A stretch of DNA of 63,777 nt, filler included, from Octopus bimaculoides (GCF_001194135.2; 8 parts of 8 records of this genome joined end to end with filler, not necessarily neighbours in it); one strand, 5' to 3'. Shown: positions 1-13,222, counted from the first letter of the whole stretch. Numbers and translations are program-made. Notes: generated by a model from the letters alone, not told the origin.

Positions 1-730
1 TATATATATATATATATATATGTAAAATTAGAAATATTGCATTTCTAAATCTCTCAGAGAGACTTATACAGTAGCAGCACGATAAAGTGATGGTTTGTTG
101 CCAACTTAATGTGGCAGTCCCAGGAAATGGAGGAATGCTACTGCTATTTAGCCCCAGGAAGATCATTTCCAGTTGGCTATGTGACACAAGCGTTCTGTGT
201 CCTTAAGTGTTCAAACAGGGGAGATAAGCACTTCCACTCAGCAAAGCCAGAAAGGAAAGGAAGCAACAATAAATAGTAAGAGAAAGATAGATTTGGCTGA
301 AACACAAAAACCAGAAGCATCAGGAGAGAATAGAGACGGAAAACGGGAAGGAGTACTGAAAGGAAAAAAATGTGAGGATGATGATAGAATATAAAAAGAG
401 CGTAGAAATAGAGAAACGGATCACTAAAATGAGAAATGTAATCAGAGTAAAATTATCGGGGAATGAGGATACCGAAGACAAGGGAGTTTTGCTAGAGAAA
501 GAGAAAGGAGAAAGATTAAAAGAATTATTTGGTGAACGGAGTTGCTGGTTCGATGCGATGAACTACCACCAGTGGTGCCATCTGACGACATAACAGAGTA
601 CATAGTAAATGGAAAGTAAATGAAATTCGTAAAACTTAATATAATGTTTAAAAAAAAAAACGTTGTAAAGAAGAACAACGAACTGTTCGTGATGAATAAT
701 GTGTTACATAAACAGTTAAATGACACTACC

Positions 731-846
731 TACGTGTGGGGCGCAGGTAAGACATCGAGTGTTTTTCGAGACCTGGAGCACTTTCTAGTGACGTCTAAAA
801 CGGTAGTTCTGTTAGGAGACTTTAACACTGATGTAAAAGATGAGCT
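731..846 (+). mobile_element. Fragment of LINE APE endonuclease (Tx1/L1-like)
   Basis: YVWGAGKTSSVFRDLEHFLVTSKTVVLLGDFNTDV contains the APE motif LLGDFN. Confidence 0.6.
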
Positions 847-851
847 ATAGT

Positions 852-1313
852 AAATATTCTGTTCCATACCACAGTTTTGCTTGCCAGTTGTTTGACCTCA
901 ACAAGTTGAGCATGTCCTTTAGTGGCTGACGATATGTGCATCTCTGATCACGAGCAGAAGTTGTCGGGGTTGGTGGTGGTATCATAGCAATGTGTTCAGA
1001 GCAATTCTTAGGGTTTGAATAATTCTCCTTTGGAAACATGGGTGTTTCGTTTATCATCCTTAAACGAACCTTATTCAGGGTCCTTTTTAGCAGGATGGGC
1101 TACTCAACCTGGAGAAAATTCTAACTGGGTCCCATTTGCAATCCATGCGCTGTTTATTTTGTTATGAGATCACCATGTCACGCACATTTGTTTGTGGTGC
1201 ATGCTTTTAGTGCACCTGAATCAGACGGGTAGCCATGATGGGTACATTGGGCTTCGTATATTTGTACCTCAGTGCATCGTTGATGGTACGCGTCGGACTC
1301 TCACTCGATAATG

Positions 1314-1351
<38 letters not shown>
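852..1351 (+). mobile_element. Retroposon 3' end with (TAA)n tail, probably the 3'UTR of an R4/Dong-type LINE
   Basis: Ends in (TAA)n. 1256-1310 matches 43470-43523, which directly follows an RLE-LINE ORF. A second copy lies at 3293-3545. Confidence 0.55.
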
Positions 1352-1352
<1 letters not shown>

Positions 1353-1355
<3 letters not shown>

Positions 1356-1485
1356 TGTACTATATGCACAAGGCCTGACACTTTGTGGTGGGCGAGCTAT
1401 TGACTCAGTGCTCAGCTGGTTCCTATTTTATCGACACCGAAATAATAAAAGACAAAGTCGACTTCGGAGGAATTTGACTCAAATA
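1353..1485 (-). mobile_element. SINE family A, partial
   Basis: Matches the family A body (ttatcgac..., aaagtcgac...ggaatttga). Confidence 0.6.
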
Positions 1486-2107
1486 TTTCTGACATTAGAA
1501 CAAAATAATAATAATATTAATTGAGTTTAGGAATCGTTTTTCCTCTCTGTTTGTATTGCACGGAATTTGTTGCTCACACTAAGAGAAAAGCAAGGTTTTT
1601 TATTCAATTTTTTGGACGTTTCCGTTCATGTATAGTTTAGCCCATAGATTTATGTATTTAACCAATGTTTTTTTTATTTTCATCCATAACTTTAACTGAA
1701 AGAATTTATATGCAACATATTGTATTTAAATTTATTTTTAACTTACTGCTGTACAAAAAGAAACAACCTGGTGTAAATTGCGAGCGTGTACCATGCTTTC
1801 GCTAAGTGTATGTATGAATGTGCGTGTGCGAAAGAGAGAGAGAGGGAGAGAGAGAGAGAGGGGGGGGGAGAGAGAGAGAGAAAGAAAAATGAATTAATAA
1901 AAATGCATTGTTAATATTCATACATACCAAAGAATATATAGAAAAAGCTGTTGGTTGTTGCTAATAGTTGTGCGGCACAGATCAGAGTGCATTGTGTGGT
2001 ATGAAAAAATGTAGACTCTCCCAGAGCACGTATAATCCCATCGACATCAACTTCGGAAGATTTCATATTTTTTTTTGTTCTCGGTGGATCTAGATTTTAC
2101 TGTTTAT

Positions 2108-2155
<48 letters not shown>

Positions 2156-2602
2156 GAATATATAACGTTCTTTTGTGTGAGAATATTAGTTTGAATCTGG
2201 TAAATTGTTTTAGATTTAAAACCAAACTATATCTATAAACTTCTCATGTACATTAACACTGAATGTATATAAGTCACGTAACTACAGGGATTTAATCAAA
2301 CGTATGTGTGCAGCAGAATATAAATTAGAAATTAACTGAGAACCAAAATTGTATACTGCATTGAACTAAATTTTATTTTTAAAAATTGCATGACACAAAA
2401 TTTTAGTTGGTAAATTGTAAGAAATTAACAATTTTGAGCACAATTTATTTCCTGTATTAGTGGAAACAAACAAGAAATAGTCGCTGGTGTCTATTCTACT
2501 GGCATTTGAAGACTCTATGGTTATAGTTTAAAAGGACGTAAAATAAGTGCTGCAAGATATTCAGTGCATCATGGATTCGATCCTTCATTACCTTTTAATA
2601 AA

Positions 2603-3078
2603 TTGTTTCCGATTTCAGCACAAAGTCAGCCAATTTTGAGGGGAGGAGTTAGTTGATTACGTTGACACCCTCACCCAATATTTCACTGATAGTTCATTTT
2701 GTTGGTCTGGAAGTGATGATAAGGAAAAGTTGATCTCCCGGAGATTTGAACTGAGAACAAAAACAACAGGACGAATTACAAGATGTTTTGTTCTAACGAT
2801 TCTGCTAATCCGCTGCCCTTAAGTAACTTTCAAGTAATAATAATAATAATAATGATAATGATTATAATTATTATTATTATTATTATTATTATTATAATTC
2901 TTTCTACTAGTCGATTATATCAACCCTAGTGTTCGACTGCTACTTATTTTATTGACTCCGAAAGAATGAAATGCAAAGTCGACCTTGATGGAATGTGAAT
3001 TCAGAAGGTAAAGACGGACGAAATGCAGCGAAACACATTTCCCGGTGAACTAAAGATTCTGCCAGCTCGCTGCCCTAA
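2603..3078 (-). mobile_element. Two decayed SINE family A copies (2603-2822, 2898-3078) separated by (TAA)/(TTA) repeats
   Basis: Both end in the reverse-complement head gattctgc..gctgccct; internal aaagtcgacc and gaact/gaattcagaa motifs. Confidence 0.7.
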
Positions 3079-3142
3079 CAATAATAATAACGATAATAAT
3101 AATAATTAAAATAAACTTGGCAATCTACTTCATTTTGGTTAA

Positions 3143-3256
3143 TATTTATAGGACTGAGTTGACTCCTCCAGAAGATATAGAAGCAAAACTAGAAGAGTGA
3201 TCTTGTTATACTATTTTTGCTTCTATATCTTCTGGAGGAGTTACCTCAGTCCTATA

Positions 3257-3260
<4 letters not shown>
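3143..3260. repeat. Short fold-back inverted repeat (about 46-bp arms)
   Basis: tatttataggactgagttgactcctccagaagatatagaagcaaaa is the near-perfect reverse complement of ttttgcttctatatcttctggaggagttacctcagtcctataaata. Confidence 0.9.
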
Positions 3261-3292
<32 letters not shown>

Positions 3293-3296
<4 letters not shown>

Positions 3297-3545
3297 GCCT
3301 TGATACCGTACCATGAGCAGAGGTAGTGAGGAAGCATCGTAGCTGTGTATTGAGAAGAATTCTTTGGAACTTGAATAATTCATCACTTTGGAAACTTCAT
3401 TCATCATCCTTAAACAGCCTTTATTCAGGGAATTTTTGAGTGGGATGTGCTACTTGACCCGAAGAAAATTCTAATTGGGCCACACTTGTAAGGTCATACG
3501 CTTGATATAAAATCATAATGTCGCCCACATATGTTATGGTGCCTG
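3293..3545 (+). mobile_element. Second, truncated copy of the 852-1351 retroposon 3' end
   Basis: Shares ttgaataattc..tttggaaac, catccttaaac..ccttattcaggg, gaaaattctaa.tgggcc. Confidence 0.7.
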
Positions 3546-4634
3546 TGAAAAATTTAATGTTGAAGTGAAACTGGTAATATTTAAAGAGGTCCTTCAACGG
3601 TACTACTTAAATACCGAAATACTACTTAAATACAGGTGTACGTAAATACATAAAAAAGATATTTTAAATGTACGCTGTGTAGACGTGTAATTGCACCCTA
3701 GCCCTAACCCTTACTAACCCTAAAATTAATCCTTACCTTCATATTGTTTTGTTTTTTTCAGCACACGATCTCAGATCAAGTCACTTGCTATGCAAGTACA
3801 TCTCCGAAATCTTTTTTAACTTACTGTGGATAAATGCCAACAATGACCTTCTCAGGCTCTCCAATATTTTATTTTCTAAACGGAAACAATCGGGGGCAGG
3901 AAATGAGGTTGCAAAAAATTCATAACTCCTCATATTTTTTTTTATAGCAAATACATGTATTTATGGGGGAAAATATTGAAAAACATGAATACATGCGAGA
4001 GTGATAAAGAAACGAGAAGGTTTGTCTTTGAATGTGCTAGAAACAACAGCCAAATCACCCTTAAATCACTCACTTTTCCCTCTGAAATTATTAACAATTT
4101 TTTAAATATTTTTTTACCGAAAATACTCAGTCCATGGTTTCGAAGTGCAAAAGAAAATTGGCAAAAATAGGTCCGGAATGAGATGATGAGGGAAGGGGAT
4201 GTAAAAACATTAGTTTTCAAAACATTCTTATACGAAGATGCCCCGCTAACCCCGTCATTTCGAATGCTGTGGCTTTAAAAAAATAGAAAAAATCCCCCCC
4301 AAAATTTCCCCCACAAATGTCTTTATAATCGTAATCTATGCTGTTTCAAAGGAGTTTGTATAAATTTCCATTAAAAGATACCCATCTTCCTGAAGTTTTG
4401 AGGGAAAAAATTCAGATCGTGTGAATTTTCCAAATCTCCTCTCTCCACCTCTCGGAAAAATTCTTTTCTATAAATCCCTAAATACTCTGAAGCTACAACA
4501 TCTAAGCGGTATTTGTAGAAAATTTTGTTAAGAAGTATCCATTTTTCTGGATGTTTTGAGGCCCTTTTATTTATACGATTTGTTTCATTTCATGTTCGTT
4601 TTGTTCATTGTTTACAATGTTCTCTCTCCAACAC

Positions 4635-4708
<74 letters not shown>

Positions 4709-5429
4709 NNNNNNNNNNNNNNNNNNNNNNNNNNNNNNNNNNNNNNNNNNNNNNNNNNNNNNNNNNNNNNNNNNNNNNNNNNNNNNNNNNNNNNNNNNNN
4801 NNNNNNNNNNNNNNNNNNNNNNNNNNNNNNNNNNNNNNNNNNNNNNNNNNNNNNNNNNNNNNNNNNNNNNNNNNNNNNNNNNNNNNNNNNNNNNNNNNNN
4901 NNNNNNNNNNNNNNNNNNNNNNNNNNNNNNNNNNNNNNNNNNNNNNNNNNNNNNNNNNNNNNNNNNNNNNNNNNNNNNNNNNNNNNNNNNNNNNNNNNNN
5001 NNNNNNNNNNNNNNNNNNNNNNNNNNNNNNNNNNNNNNNNNNNNNNNNNNNNNNNNNNNNNNNNNNNNNNNNNNNNNNNNNNNNNNNNNNNNNNNNNNNN
5101 NNNNNNNNNNNNNNNNNNNNNNNNNNNNNNNNNNNNNNNNNNNNNNNNNNNNNNNNNNNNNNNNNNNNNNNNNNNNNNNNNNNNNNNNNNNNNNNNNNNN
5201 NNNNNNNNNNNNNNNNNNNNNNNNNNNNNNNNNATATATATGTATATATATATATATATGTGTATGTGTGTGTGTGCCCGCGCAGATACATGTGTGTATA
5301 TATGCGTGTATTTTTTCTCTATGTATGTCCTCTCCTACCTTAAACTGTTTGAAATCTTCCTGTAAAGAATGGTTTAGTTTCTAACAATGACACAGAAATC
5401 TATCATTGGAATATAGATAAAGAAAACAT

Positions 5430-6330
5430 CACATTTTAGACTTAAGAAAGGTCTTACGTATTTATATTGTTCATCTTACAGATTATATTTGTTATATATA
5501 AATAAACTAGTTGATTTCTCTTTCTGAAAACCCTAGCTTATCTAACACGTCGCTTTTACTCACAAAACCAAGTGCCTTAAATATTTATTGTATAAATGCG
5601 AATTTATAATCTGGCTATAAAAAGTGAAAGCTTTGAAGCAGTTGTCAATAGTTTTACTATTTTTCTTTTGGTTGTTGAAAAGATATTCACATCAGCAGAA
5701 CAGCTGACCTCTGGCAATACAAACTTTATTTTGCCTGTCCCAAACAATAACCTGCTTGTTCCGTTAACACTTTATGGAAATTTTGATGGGATATTCCACC
5801 AATATACATTGTATTGATGTTTAGGTATTCAATAACGGGTGGGGAATGTCTCAATAAGTTTTCCATGATAGTCTTTGACTTAGATGGCATTGTATACTGT
5901 TGAAGCGACAACGTCATATCGCCTAAGAAAGTTGTACGTTGGTGACAGTTTTGGGCAGCGGTTAATCACATGTATGATGTCTTCGATAGAAATGGCAAAT
6001 AATCTACATTTTCAGTTGCATCTTAGGACTCCAAAGCTTCACTGTCTCTTCTGTTTACTAGGTATTTTGTAGCAATCTCCTGATCTTAGATCGAAAACGC
6101 AAGCCTACGAAATGTGATGTGATGTGGCGATCAGAAGTATAAGGGAAGTTGCATATAATATCGATAGTACTGTCGTCTTCAAGTCTCCGGAAAACACACC
6201 TATGCATGGTCTCTATCGCTTCACATCCAGGTCTTGTTTGATGTATGTTAGCTCAGCTGTTTTGGACTTCTTTGGGAGATCGTCAGGAAGTGTGTGTTGC
6301 CTGAGGAGCTTATTGCTGACCGTCAAAATG
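5430..6330 (-). mobile_element. Decayed RLE-type non-LTR retrotransposon (R4/Dong-like): RT remnant, zinc knuckle, restriction-like endonuclease
   Basis: Minus-strand translation with stops and frameshifts: RPCIGVFSGD (RT motif-B-like); KCRLFAISIEDIIHVINRCPKLSPTYNFLRRYDVVASTVYNAI (decayed CCHC plus RHD); YWWNIPIK...RNKQVIVWDRQNKVCI..EVSCSADVNI (RLE). Confidence 0.75.
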
Positions 6331-6439
6331 AAATTATGGCTCAAAATACCATCCGGCTATCAGTTAAAGTATAGTTTGTTTGGTGTAAGCTAGTCATGAA
6401 GTCAGAGGTTCATGCCATTGTATAAATGACATTTATTAA

Positions 6440-7470
6440 TTTGTCTATTGCGAATGCTCTCTTTTCACTCTTGGGTCTCGCATCAATGGTGGAATAGTTT
6501 GATGGAAAATGATGTATGTTTCTGTCTTTCTTGAGTTTTGTGTTGTGATATAAGGCATAATATTTGGTGAATTTAAACTTTTATTCTTTCGTAATTCTAT
6601 ATCTATTGCTTTGCATGTTTTATTCCGTTGTCAATTAACCGTCGCACAAGAATTATTTGTTATAATTTTGGGTGTCCCTTATTTCGAGTGTCAAGTTTCG
6701 AAACGCTTAAGCGTATTCATCTTACTAGATTAAATGGTGTATTTGTTTTGGTGTGTTGTGGGTGTTAAGAAATAAAAGGTATCGTTTAGTGTCTGTCGTA
6801 TTGCAGTGGATGCCTGTTTCGATGTTCGTGTTTTTTTATATGAGTAAAATATCCAAGACGAGTAGCTGATATTGTCTGTTTAATTTATTCCATTGTGAAA
6901 TGCATATTGTTATTTATGCTATAAATTAGGGGTTTGAATTCATTACGATAATCAAAAGCGTGGGTTCACACAAAGAGGTGTCAACTAAATAATGTTTCCA
7001 ATTTTCTAATAGATATTTATGGAATTTCATGTGATTCATTTATCTACATTGTTCGTATATTCGATCATCTGGGATAGCCATGAGCAGATTGGTGGAGTTA
7101 GGGGTAAGTTTCATTCCCATCGCAGTTTCGGATATTTGTAAATTTATTCTATTGAATTTGAAAAATTTACTCTGAAAATGAGCTTTTATTATTTCGTTAA
7201 TTAGTATTTATCTTTTCCGGTTTAGTATTTCATTGGGGAATTTTTCGAGTCGGAAATCCTATGATTTCTAATTTATAGTCGTGTGGAATAGCGATATAGA
7301 GGTTTACATCTCGAATTATACGCTAATTTTGTGAACTTTTTTGTGATGTAGTTCAGCAGTACTAAGTCGTCTCTTATAATGCTTCATGTGTTTTATCAGT
7401 AAGTCTGTTTCACATGTGGGGACTGCTACAATTCGTCTTAATTTAAGTTTGTCGAGGTGTTATATATTTA
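6440..7470 (-). mobile_element. Decayed Penelope-like element (PLE) reverse transcriptase
   Basis: Minus-strand remnants LRRIVAVPTCET; DVNLYIAIPH; FKFNRINLQISETAMGMKLTPNSTNLLMA; NNMHFTME; IETGIHCNTTDTKRYL; MPYITTQNSRK, typical of the PLE RT motif order. Confidence 0.8.
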
Positions 7471-7572
7471 TATATGATGAAGTTATAGGCGTTGTTTATC
7501 ATTTTGCTTTTGTGAATTTTGGGGATTCATATATATATGTGTGTGTGGACGTACGCGCGTGTATGTATTAAG

Positions 7573-7606
<34 letters not shown>

Positions 7607-7894
7607 CGAGAGGGGGGAGGAAAGGTAGAGAGAGGCAGAGAATAAATTAAGAGAGACGCTGGTGAAGAAATTATCATGAACGCAGAATAACTCAAATCTG
7701 TGTGTTTCTAAATCTCTTCATTTCTTTGTACTTGAGTTACATTACAAAATTTCTTCCAAGGTTATCGTTGTTTTTATATAACTTGTTGAATATTAAACTC
7801 ACGTTCCTTATCAAGATTTCTTAAATATATTACACACCTTACCAAGATTTGTTATATATACTTATACATACATAGACGCACACGCACACATATG

Positions 7895-8838
7895 TTCATT
7901 TCCCATTTTCTGTTAGGCTACAGTGAGGGGTTTATGATGATAGTATTGAGAGTCCATGTTTCACTGCCGTAAACCATCATTGTCAGGATGTACTCATTGA
8001 AGATCTTTCTTTTAATTTTCATGGAAGCCTTGGGACTCCTCGTGAGGTTTTCCACCTTCTCAAAAACCGCCCTACCAAATGCTATTCTTCTTTTGATTCC
8101 CGGGAGGAGATTTTCGTAAACGTAGCCATCTACCTCTTCTATGTCTTGCTGTTTACGGTAACAGATGCTGGAAAAACATGCCTGTTGAATATGACGTAGG
8201 TTATTCCAAGGAGCATGTTGAGGCCGACAGGCTGGCTTGTAGTGTGGATATCGGTGAGCATTTTCTACAGTTCCATAGTTGCATGCACTGTCAAGATGAT
8301 ATCATCTGCGAACTCCCGGTGGCATAGTTGTTCTCAGTTAATATTGATGTCCCGTTGGATTTTGTTGATGATGGTGTCTTACAGGCACGATATAAACAAC
8401 TTTGGTTAGATGTGATCGCCTTGCTTTGCTCCTCTCTCAAGCTTGATCATATAACTGTCTTGATGAAAGCTGAGATTCGATGTTGCCCAGCTATAAAACT
8501 CTTTCAGCATTGCAAAGTAAGTGGGGTCCACCACTTGGTTCTTCAGGTTAAGAAACGATGTGAACTCTATGGAGTCGAAGCCTTCTCATAGTTAACAAAG
8601 GCAGAGCAAAGCAGGATATTATATTCTTTCGTCTTCTCTTGAAGTAGTTGACTGACAACCTAAATGTAATCTTGAAGCCAGCTTGTTTGTTTGTTTGATA
8701 GAGGTCCAAGGTACAGAGCAGCCTACTAAGTATAATGCTGGAGAACATCTAGTAGATGATGAACAGGAGACTGATAGGACGGTAACTTTTCACGTCCCAT
8801 TTGTCACCTTTTTTTATAAAGAAAGACCACTATTGTAA
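7895..8838 (-). mobile_element. RTE-clade LINE RT fragment (inverted 5' arm)
   Basis: VTIVVFLYKK/GDKWDVKSYRPISLL, QAGF, EFADDIIL, KRRIAFGRAVF, MVYGSETWTLN on the minus strand. Confidence 0.85.
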
Positions 8839-9216
8839 CCGAAAGAAAAATGGAACAAATGATGCTCGACATCACATTGAGGGACAGGAAAACCAACGCC
8901 TGGATACGACAGCGCAAGCGAGTCAACGACATCATAAGAACGACATCAAGGAGAGCAAGTATAGATGAGCTGACCACATCACGCAACTGAAGGGCAACAG
9001 ATGGAGAATGAGGGTAACGGAGTAGACACCAAGACAATGGACATGATAAATATCCGACCAAAGGCAAGGTGGTGAGACGGTTTCCTCATTCACGATCTCC
9101 TTATGACGATTTCCTCATACTCTACATGACCACGACTGGCTACAGATAGACAGCTGTAGAACGAGTCCAGAGAGGTGTTCTTCCTTCAGGAGTGGTAAAG
9201 CCCTGATAAAAAAAAA
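8833..9216 (+). mobile_element. RTE-clade LINE 3' end with short poly(A)
   Basis: VTERKMEQMMLDITLRDRKTNAWIRQ...LKGNRWRMRVTE; A-run at 9208-9216. Confidence 0.8.
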
Positions 9217-9879
9217 TATGCATGCCATTTAGCTTTGAATTAGCATTTAGTTTAAGAACATTTAATTTACTCTAACTACAGCGTTATTTATAAAAGGACT
9301 TACAATTTATCCCATTCTAGAATATATGCCACATGCAATATCAATCGTGATGTGACTAAGCTGTACTTTCAGTCAAAATGTAGTAAACAAATTCTAAATA
9401 AAAAACGCTTTAAATTTCAAACAGATGATTAAGCAAATCATTTAAGGGCCTTCTTTTAAATAGAAATATCTAGGATTGATTAACTATTAAAAAACGTAAG
9501 TTTGTTTAGAACATCACGAGTTCGTGGAACTACATAATTTACCATGATGTAGACAACGCACATGAATCAAGGCCCCACAAAATTAGAGGACAGAACAAGG
9601 AAGAGAAACAAACAGACACATGTACAAAAATATTATAGACACACATACACACACACATATATATATATATGACAAGAATGACATAAACATATACATAAAT
9701 GTTAAAAACATTTTAGATACATATAGATACATATGAAACAAGAGTATTATGGACATATACACATATAGACACATATACAGAAATGTTATAGTTACGTGTA
9801 GATACATATACAACAAGAATGTTATAGAGATGTGTAGGTACATATCTTTTATCTTTTATCTTTTATCTTTAACTTGCTT

Positions 9880-10285
9880 CAATCATTGGACGACAGCCAT
9901 GATGAGGAACCGTGTTGAAGGGTTTTAGTGGAACAAGTCGCCTCGAGTACTGATTATTTTTAAGTTCAGTATTTATCCTATCGGCCTCTTTTGCCCAACC
10001 GGTAAATTACGAGGATGTAAGTAAGCCAATATCGGTTATCAAGCACTTGTGGGGCATAAAAACAAACACAGAAACACACACACTCACTCTCGCACACACA
10101 CAAGCACATACATATGTAGGACGAGTTTGTTTTAGGTTCCGTCTACTAAATCCACTCGCAAGGCTTTGGTCAGCCCACAGATATAGTAGAAGACAATTGT
10201 CCGAGGTGCCATGCAGTGGAACTAAACCCAGAACCATGTGGCTCGAAAGTAAACTTCTAACAACATAGCCTGAGCCTATACAGGA
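9880..10285 (-). mobile_element. SINE family B (tRNA-like head, internal CA/TA tract)
   Basis: Matches copies at 28295, 34633 and 58323 (ccgtctactaaatccactc..aaggctttggtc; gtgccatgcagtggaactaaacccagaaccatgtgg). Confidence 0.8.
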
Positions 10286-10639
10286 ATTTTGTAGACACAT
10301 ATCGAACCTTATATAACAAGAGCATTATAGACACATAGACTCTTATACAACAATAATATTATTAATAAAGTATTAATATCAATAATGTCTTAGTTCTGAA
10401 GAGGTTTATGCATTAGTTTGATGCGATATGTTTTTACACTGTGTGGGAATAAAGTAAAATAGAATTGGAATCTGGAAACTGCCTCACGTCACTGAATACC
10501 ATATCTGTGTTGAATATAAAAGCAGATTTGTAACAACAGATTAGTTTGAGTAACTCGATCAAAGACTTTGCTGTAATCCTTCGCCTGCGTTGTGTATCAC
10601 ATGTGATACAGAGAGTATATTTTTCTGGCGTCCATGCAT

Positions 10640-11100
10640 CATATCTATATACATAAATGTACAATGGTGTATGTCTGTGTGTGCGTTTGGGGTTACTCTA
10701 ACTCCTCCCACACCGTCCAACCGATTTTAATGATTTTTTTGGCACATAGTTAGATCACATACCCTGAAGTTCAAATAGGACCGAAATTTTGCGAAAACTC
10801 GATAATGATCAGTTGGCATCGATTTTTGTGAGTTCAATCGGGCGTTTGAATGGAAATTTCCATAACGATATTATTTTTCCTGCAGCTTTTGCATTGTTTG
10901 TCTGATTTTGATGAAAATCGATGAGTGACCGAGGTTCATGGCAGTGAGTTGATGTCAGGACAAAAAAATCGATAATTGCGCCTGAACAATTTATAAAGCC
11001 AATAGGCTTTTGCGTGCAAATACTCATAGGGATTTTATTTTTGGCTGTAAAAGAAACAAGTTATTTTTAATATAAATGTGGGGGCTAACTTAAGTTAAGG
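10640..11100 (+). mobile_element. Possible non-autonomous Helitron/HINE-like element
   Basis: Begins atctatatacataaatg, followed by a GT-rich tract and taactcctcccacaccgtccaaccgattttaatgattttt. This resembles such elements in general layout only; ends not resolved. Confidence 0.3.
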
Positions 11101-11485
11101 GCTTGAAGAAAACTGAATTTTTTTTCTATTATTTTGCATTGAATATTTACATATTGGTTTTGCATTAGAATCGTTCCCGACGAATTATTCACAATGTAAG
11201 CAAATTATGTTTAGATGACAAGTGGTTCTAGGTTAATTTCTAAATTATATTCCACTACATATATTAGCTGGAATAAATTATTCTAAGTACATGACATTTT
11301 AATGCAGATCAAATGCATTTCAACTATTATATACATATAAGAATTGATATAGACACACATACACACACATACACATATATACTTTTATTCACCCGCCCAC
11401 CCACACACACACGTATATATGAAAAGAGAATGAATAAGGGAAATAGACAGATTGACAGACACAAGGAAAGGGATGTGTAGTAAAG

Positions 11486-11645
11486 ATGAACGAAAACAAA
11501 GACAAGATGAAATCTTCCCAGATTGATGTCGATGGACTCATGCATGCTCTAGGACATACTAAATATTTCCATACTACTCAATTCATCCTGATTAGTGGCT
11601 CCATAATCATAGCATCGACCAACAGTTTCCTCTATATGTTCTATG
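11486..11645 (+). CDS. SLC22-family (organic cation/anion transporter-like, MFS) gene, exon 1
   Basis: ATG at 11486; MNENKDKMKSSQIDVDGLMHALGHTKYFHTTQFILISGSIIIASTNSFLYMFY; donor GTATGT at 11646 (phase 1); joins exon 2 in frame. Confidence 0.85.
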
Positions 11646-12239
11646 GTATGTATGATGTTTTACGTGTGCACATAAACAATCAAACACATGCAAACGCAGA
11701 CACACACACATACATAGACTCACACTCACACACATAGACTCACACACATAGACTCACACACACATACTTACACATAGACTCACTTTCACATACATACACT
11801 CACATATGATTTCTGTCTACTCGTTAGACGAACATGACCGTTGCTGACTGGTTGGTAGTAGCTATGCCCGTGCAAGTGTTTTAGGTCGAATACAGCTTGC
11901 AGAACACCACAACACTACAACTCTCACTAGCAATACCAAGAAACCCAGAGACAATCAAAGATCAAAGTGCAAGATATTCGGCTCAGAGTAGCGGGTTTTA
12001 TATACAAGTCAGCCTTGTCCTGGGGTGAAACATTTGGGTTTACTGCGCCCTCGGAGTATTTCTACTTCCAGTTGATCGTATGCTAATTAACCCTTAGATG
12101 GGACCATGACAGGTGCCACTACAGTTGAACAGAGTAGACCTAGGTACAATAATGATTAAGAGGTGGTTCCACACACCTCAAAAAATCCTGGAACTCCTGA
12201 ATCAGAGTCCCACGACCGGATACTGTTTGAAGTCGTACA

Positions 12240-12545
12240 CAGGACACACATATACACATACATACACACATACATAAACATATACATAACACATACATAC
12301 ATACATGCATACATACATATATAAAAACAAACATACATACACATACATAACTACATACATGCACACATACATACATACATATATACACACATACATAAAC
12401 ACATACATACACACATACATACATGCATACATATATACACAGAAGCATACATACACACATACATAAACACATACATACACACATACATACATATATACAT
12501 ACATACATACATACATACATACATACATACATACATACATACATA
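12240..12545. repeat. Compound (CA)/(TACA)n microsatellite in SLC22 intron 1
   Basis: Direct inspection. Confidence 0.95.
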
Positions 12546-13038
12546 ACCTTTACCTTACACACGTCTTTTACTCCTTCACTGATTTTGGTCACTGGAATAC
12601 TCTTAAATATTTAGCCACATCGAGTCCAATATATATTTCCAACAGGTACCCATTTTATCGAACTTTAGTTATTGGCCTGCTACATTATGAGACATAAGTT
12701 GACACACATAAAAACAACACTGATTTTCATCTCTGTATACATAAACATAGACATATACAAATATATATATAAGTTGGAAGGGCTTCCACAAAGTTCATGA
12801 TAATCTTATTCTTACTTAAAAGTGTTCATTTAGCTCGAAATTGAATTAGAAGACACTTCATCTCAAGATGTTGTGCAAATAAATAGAACTGCTTGGGTTA
12901 GACATACAAAATATGCATAAATGTATACATGTAAATAAGGAGAAAGCAAAAACTGAACATTTTCAGACAATGAATATTCAAGTAGAAGTCTGTAGATATT
13001 TATAGATCAAACTTACACAAACTACAAAGATATGGAAA

Positions 13039-13098
<60 letters not shown>

Positions 13099-13222
13099 GT
13101 ATGTATGTATATATATACTGCTTATTCTTTTTGCTAATTCTAGAAAATAGAATCTTTAATCTTTGTTGAAATTTCCTAGCAAGTTCGAAGACATAGCTCA
13201 TTTTCTCCGCCTTGTTTCACAG

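Noticed and set aside
197-726. Lys/Glu-rich short ORFs
   Set aside because: Purine-rich low-complexity sequence with no motif and no shared frame
3695-3725. ccctagccctaacccttactaaccctaa telomere-like words
   Set aside because: Only 3-4 degenerate units; not a telomeric array
6688-6712. GAAA-CGCTTAAGCGT-A, resembling an HHR helix III
   Set aside because: No CUGANGA or stem II upstream, and it lies inside the PLE RT coding remnant on the other strand
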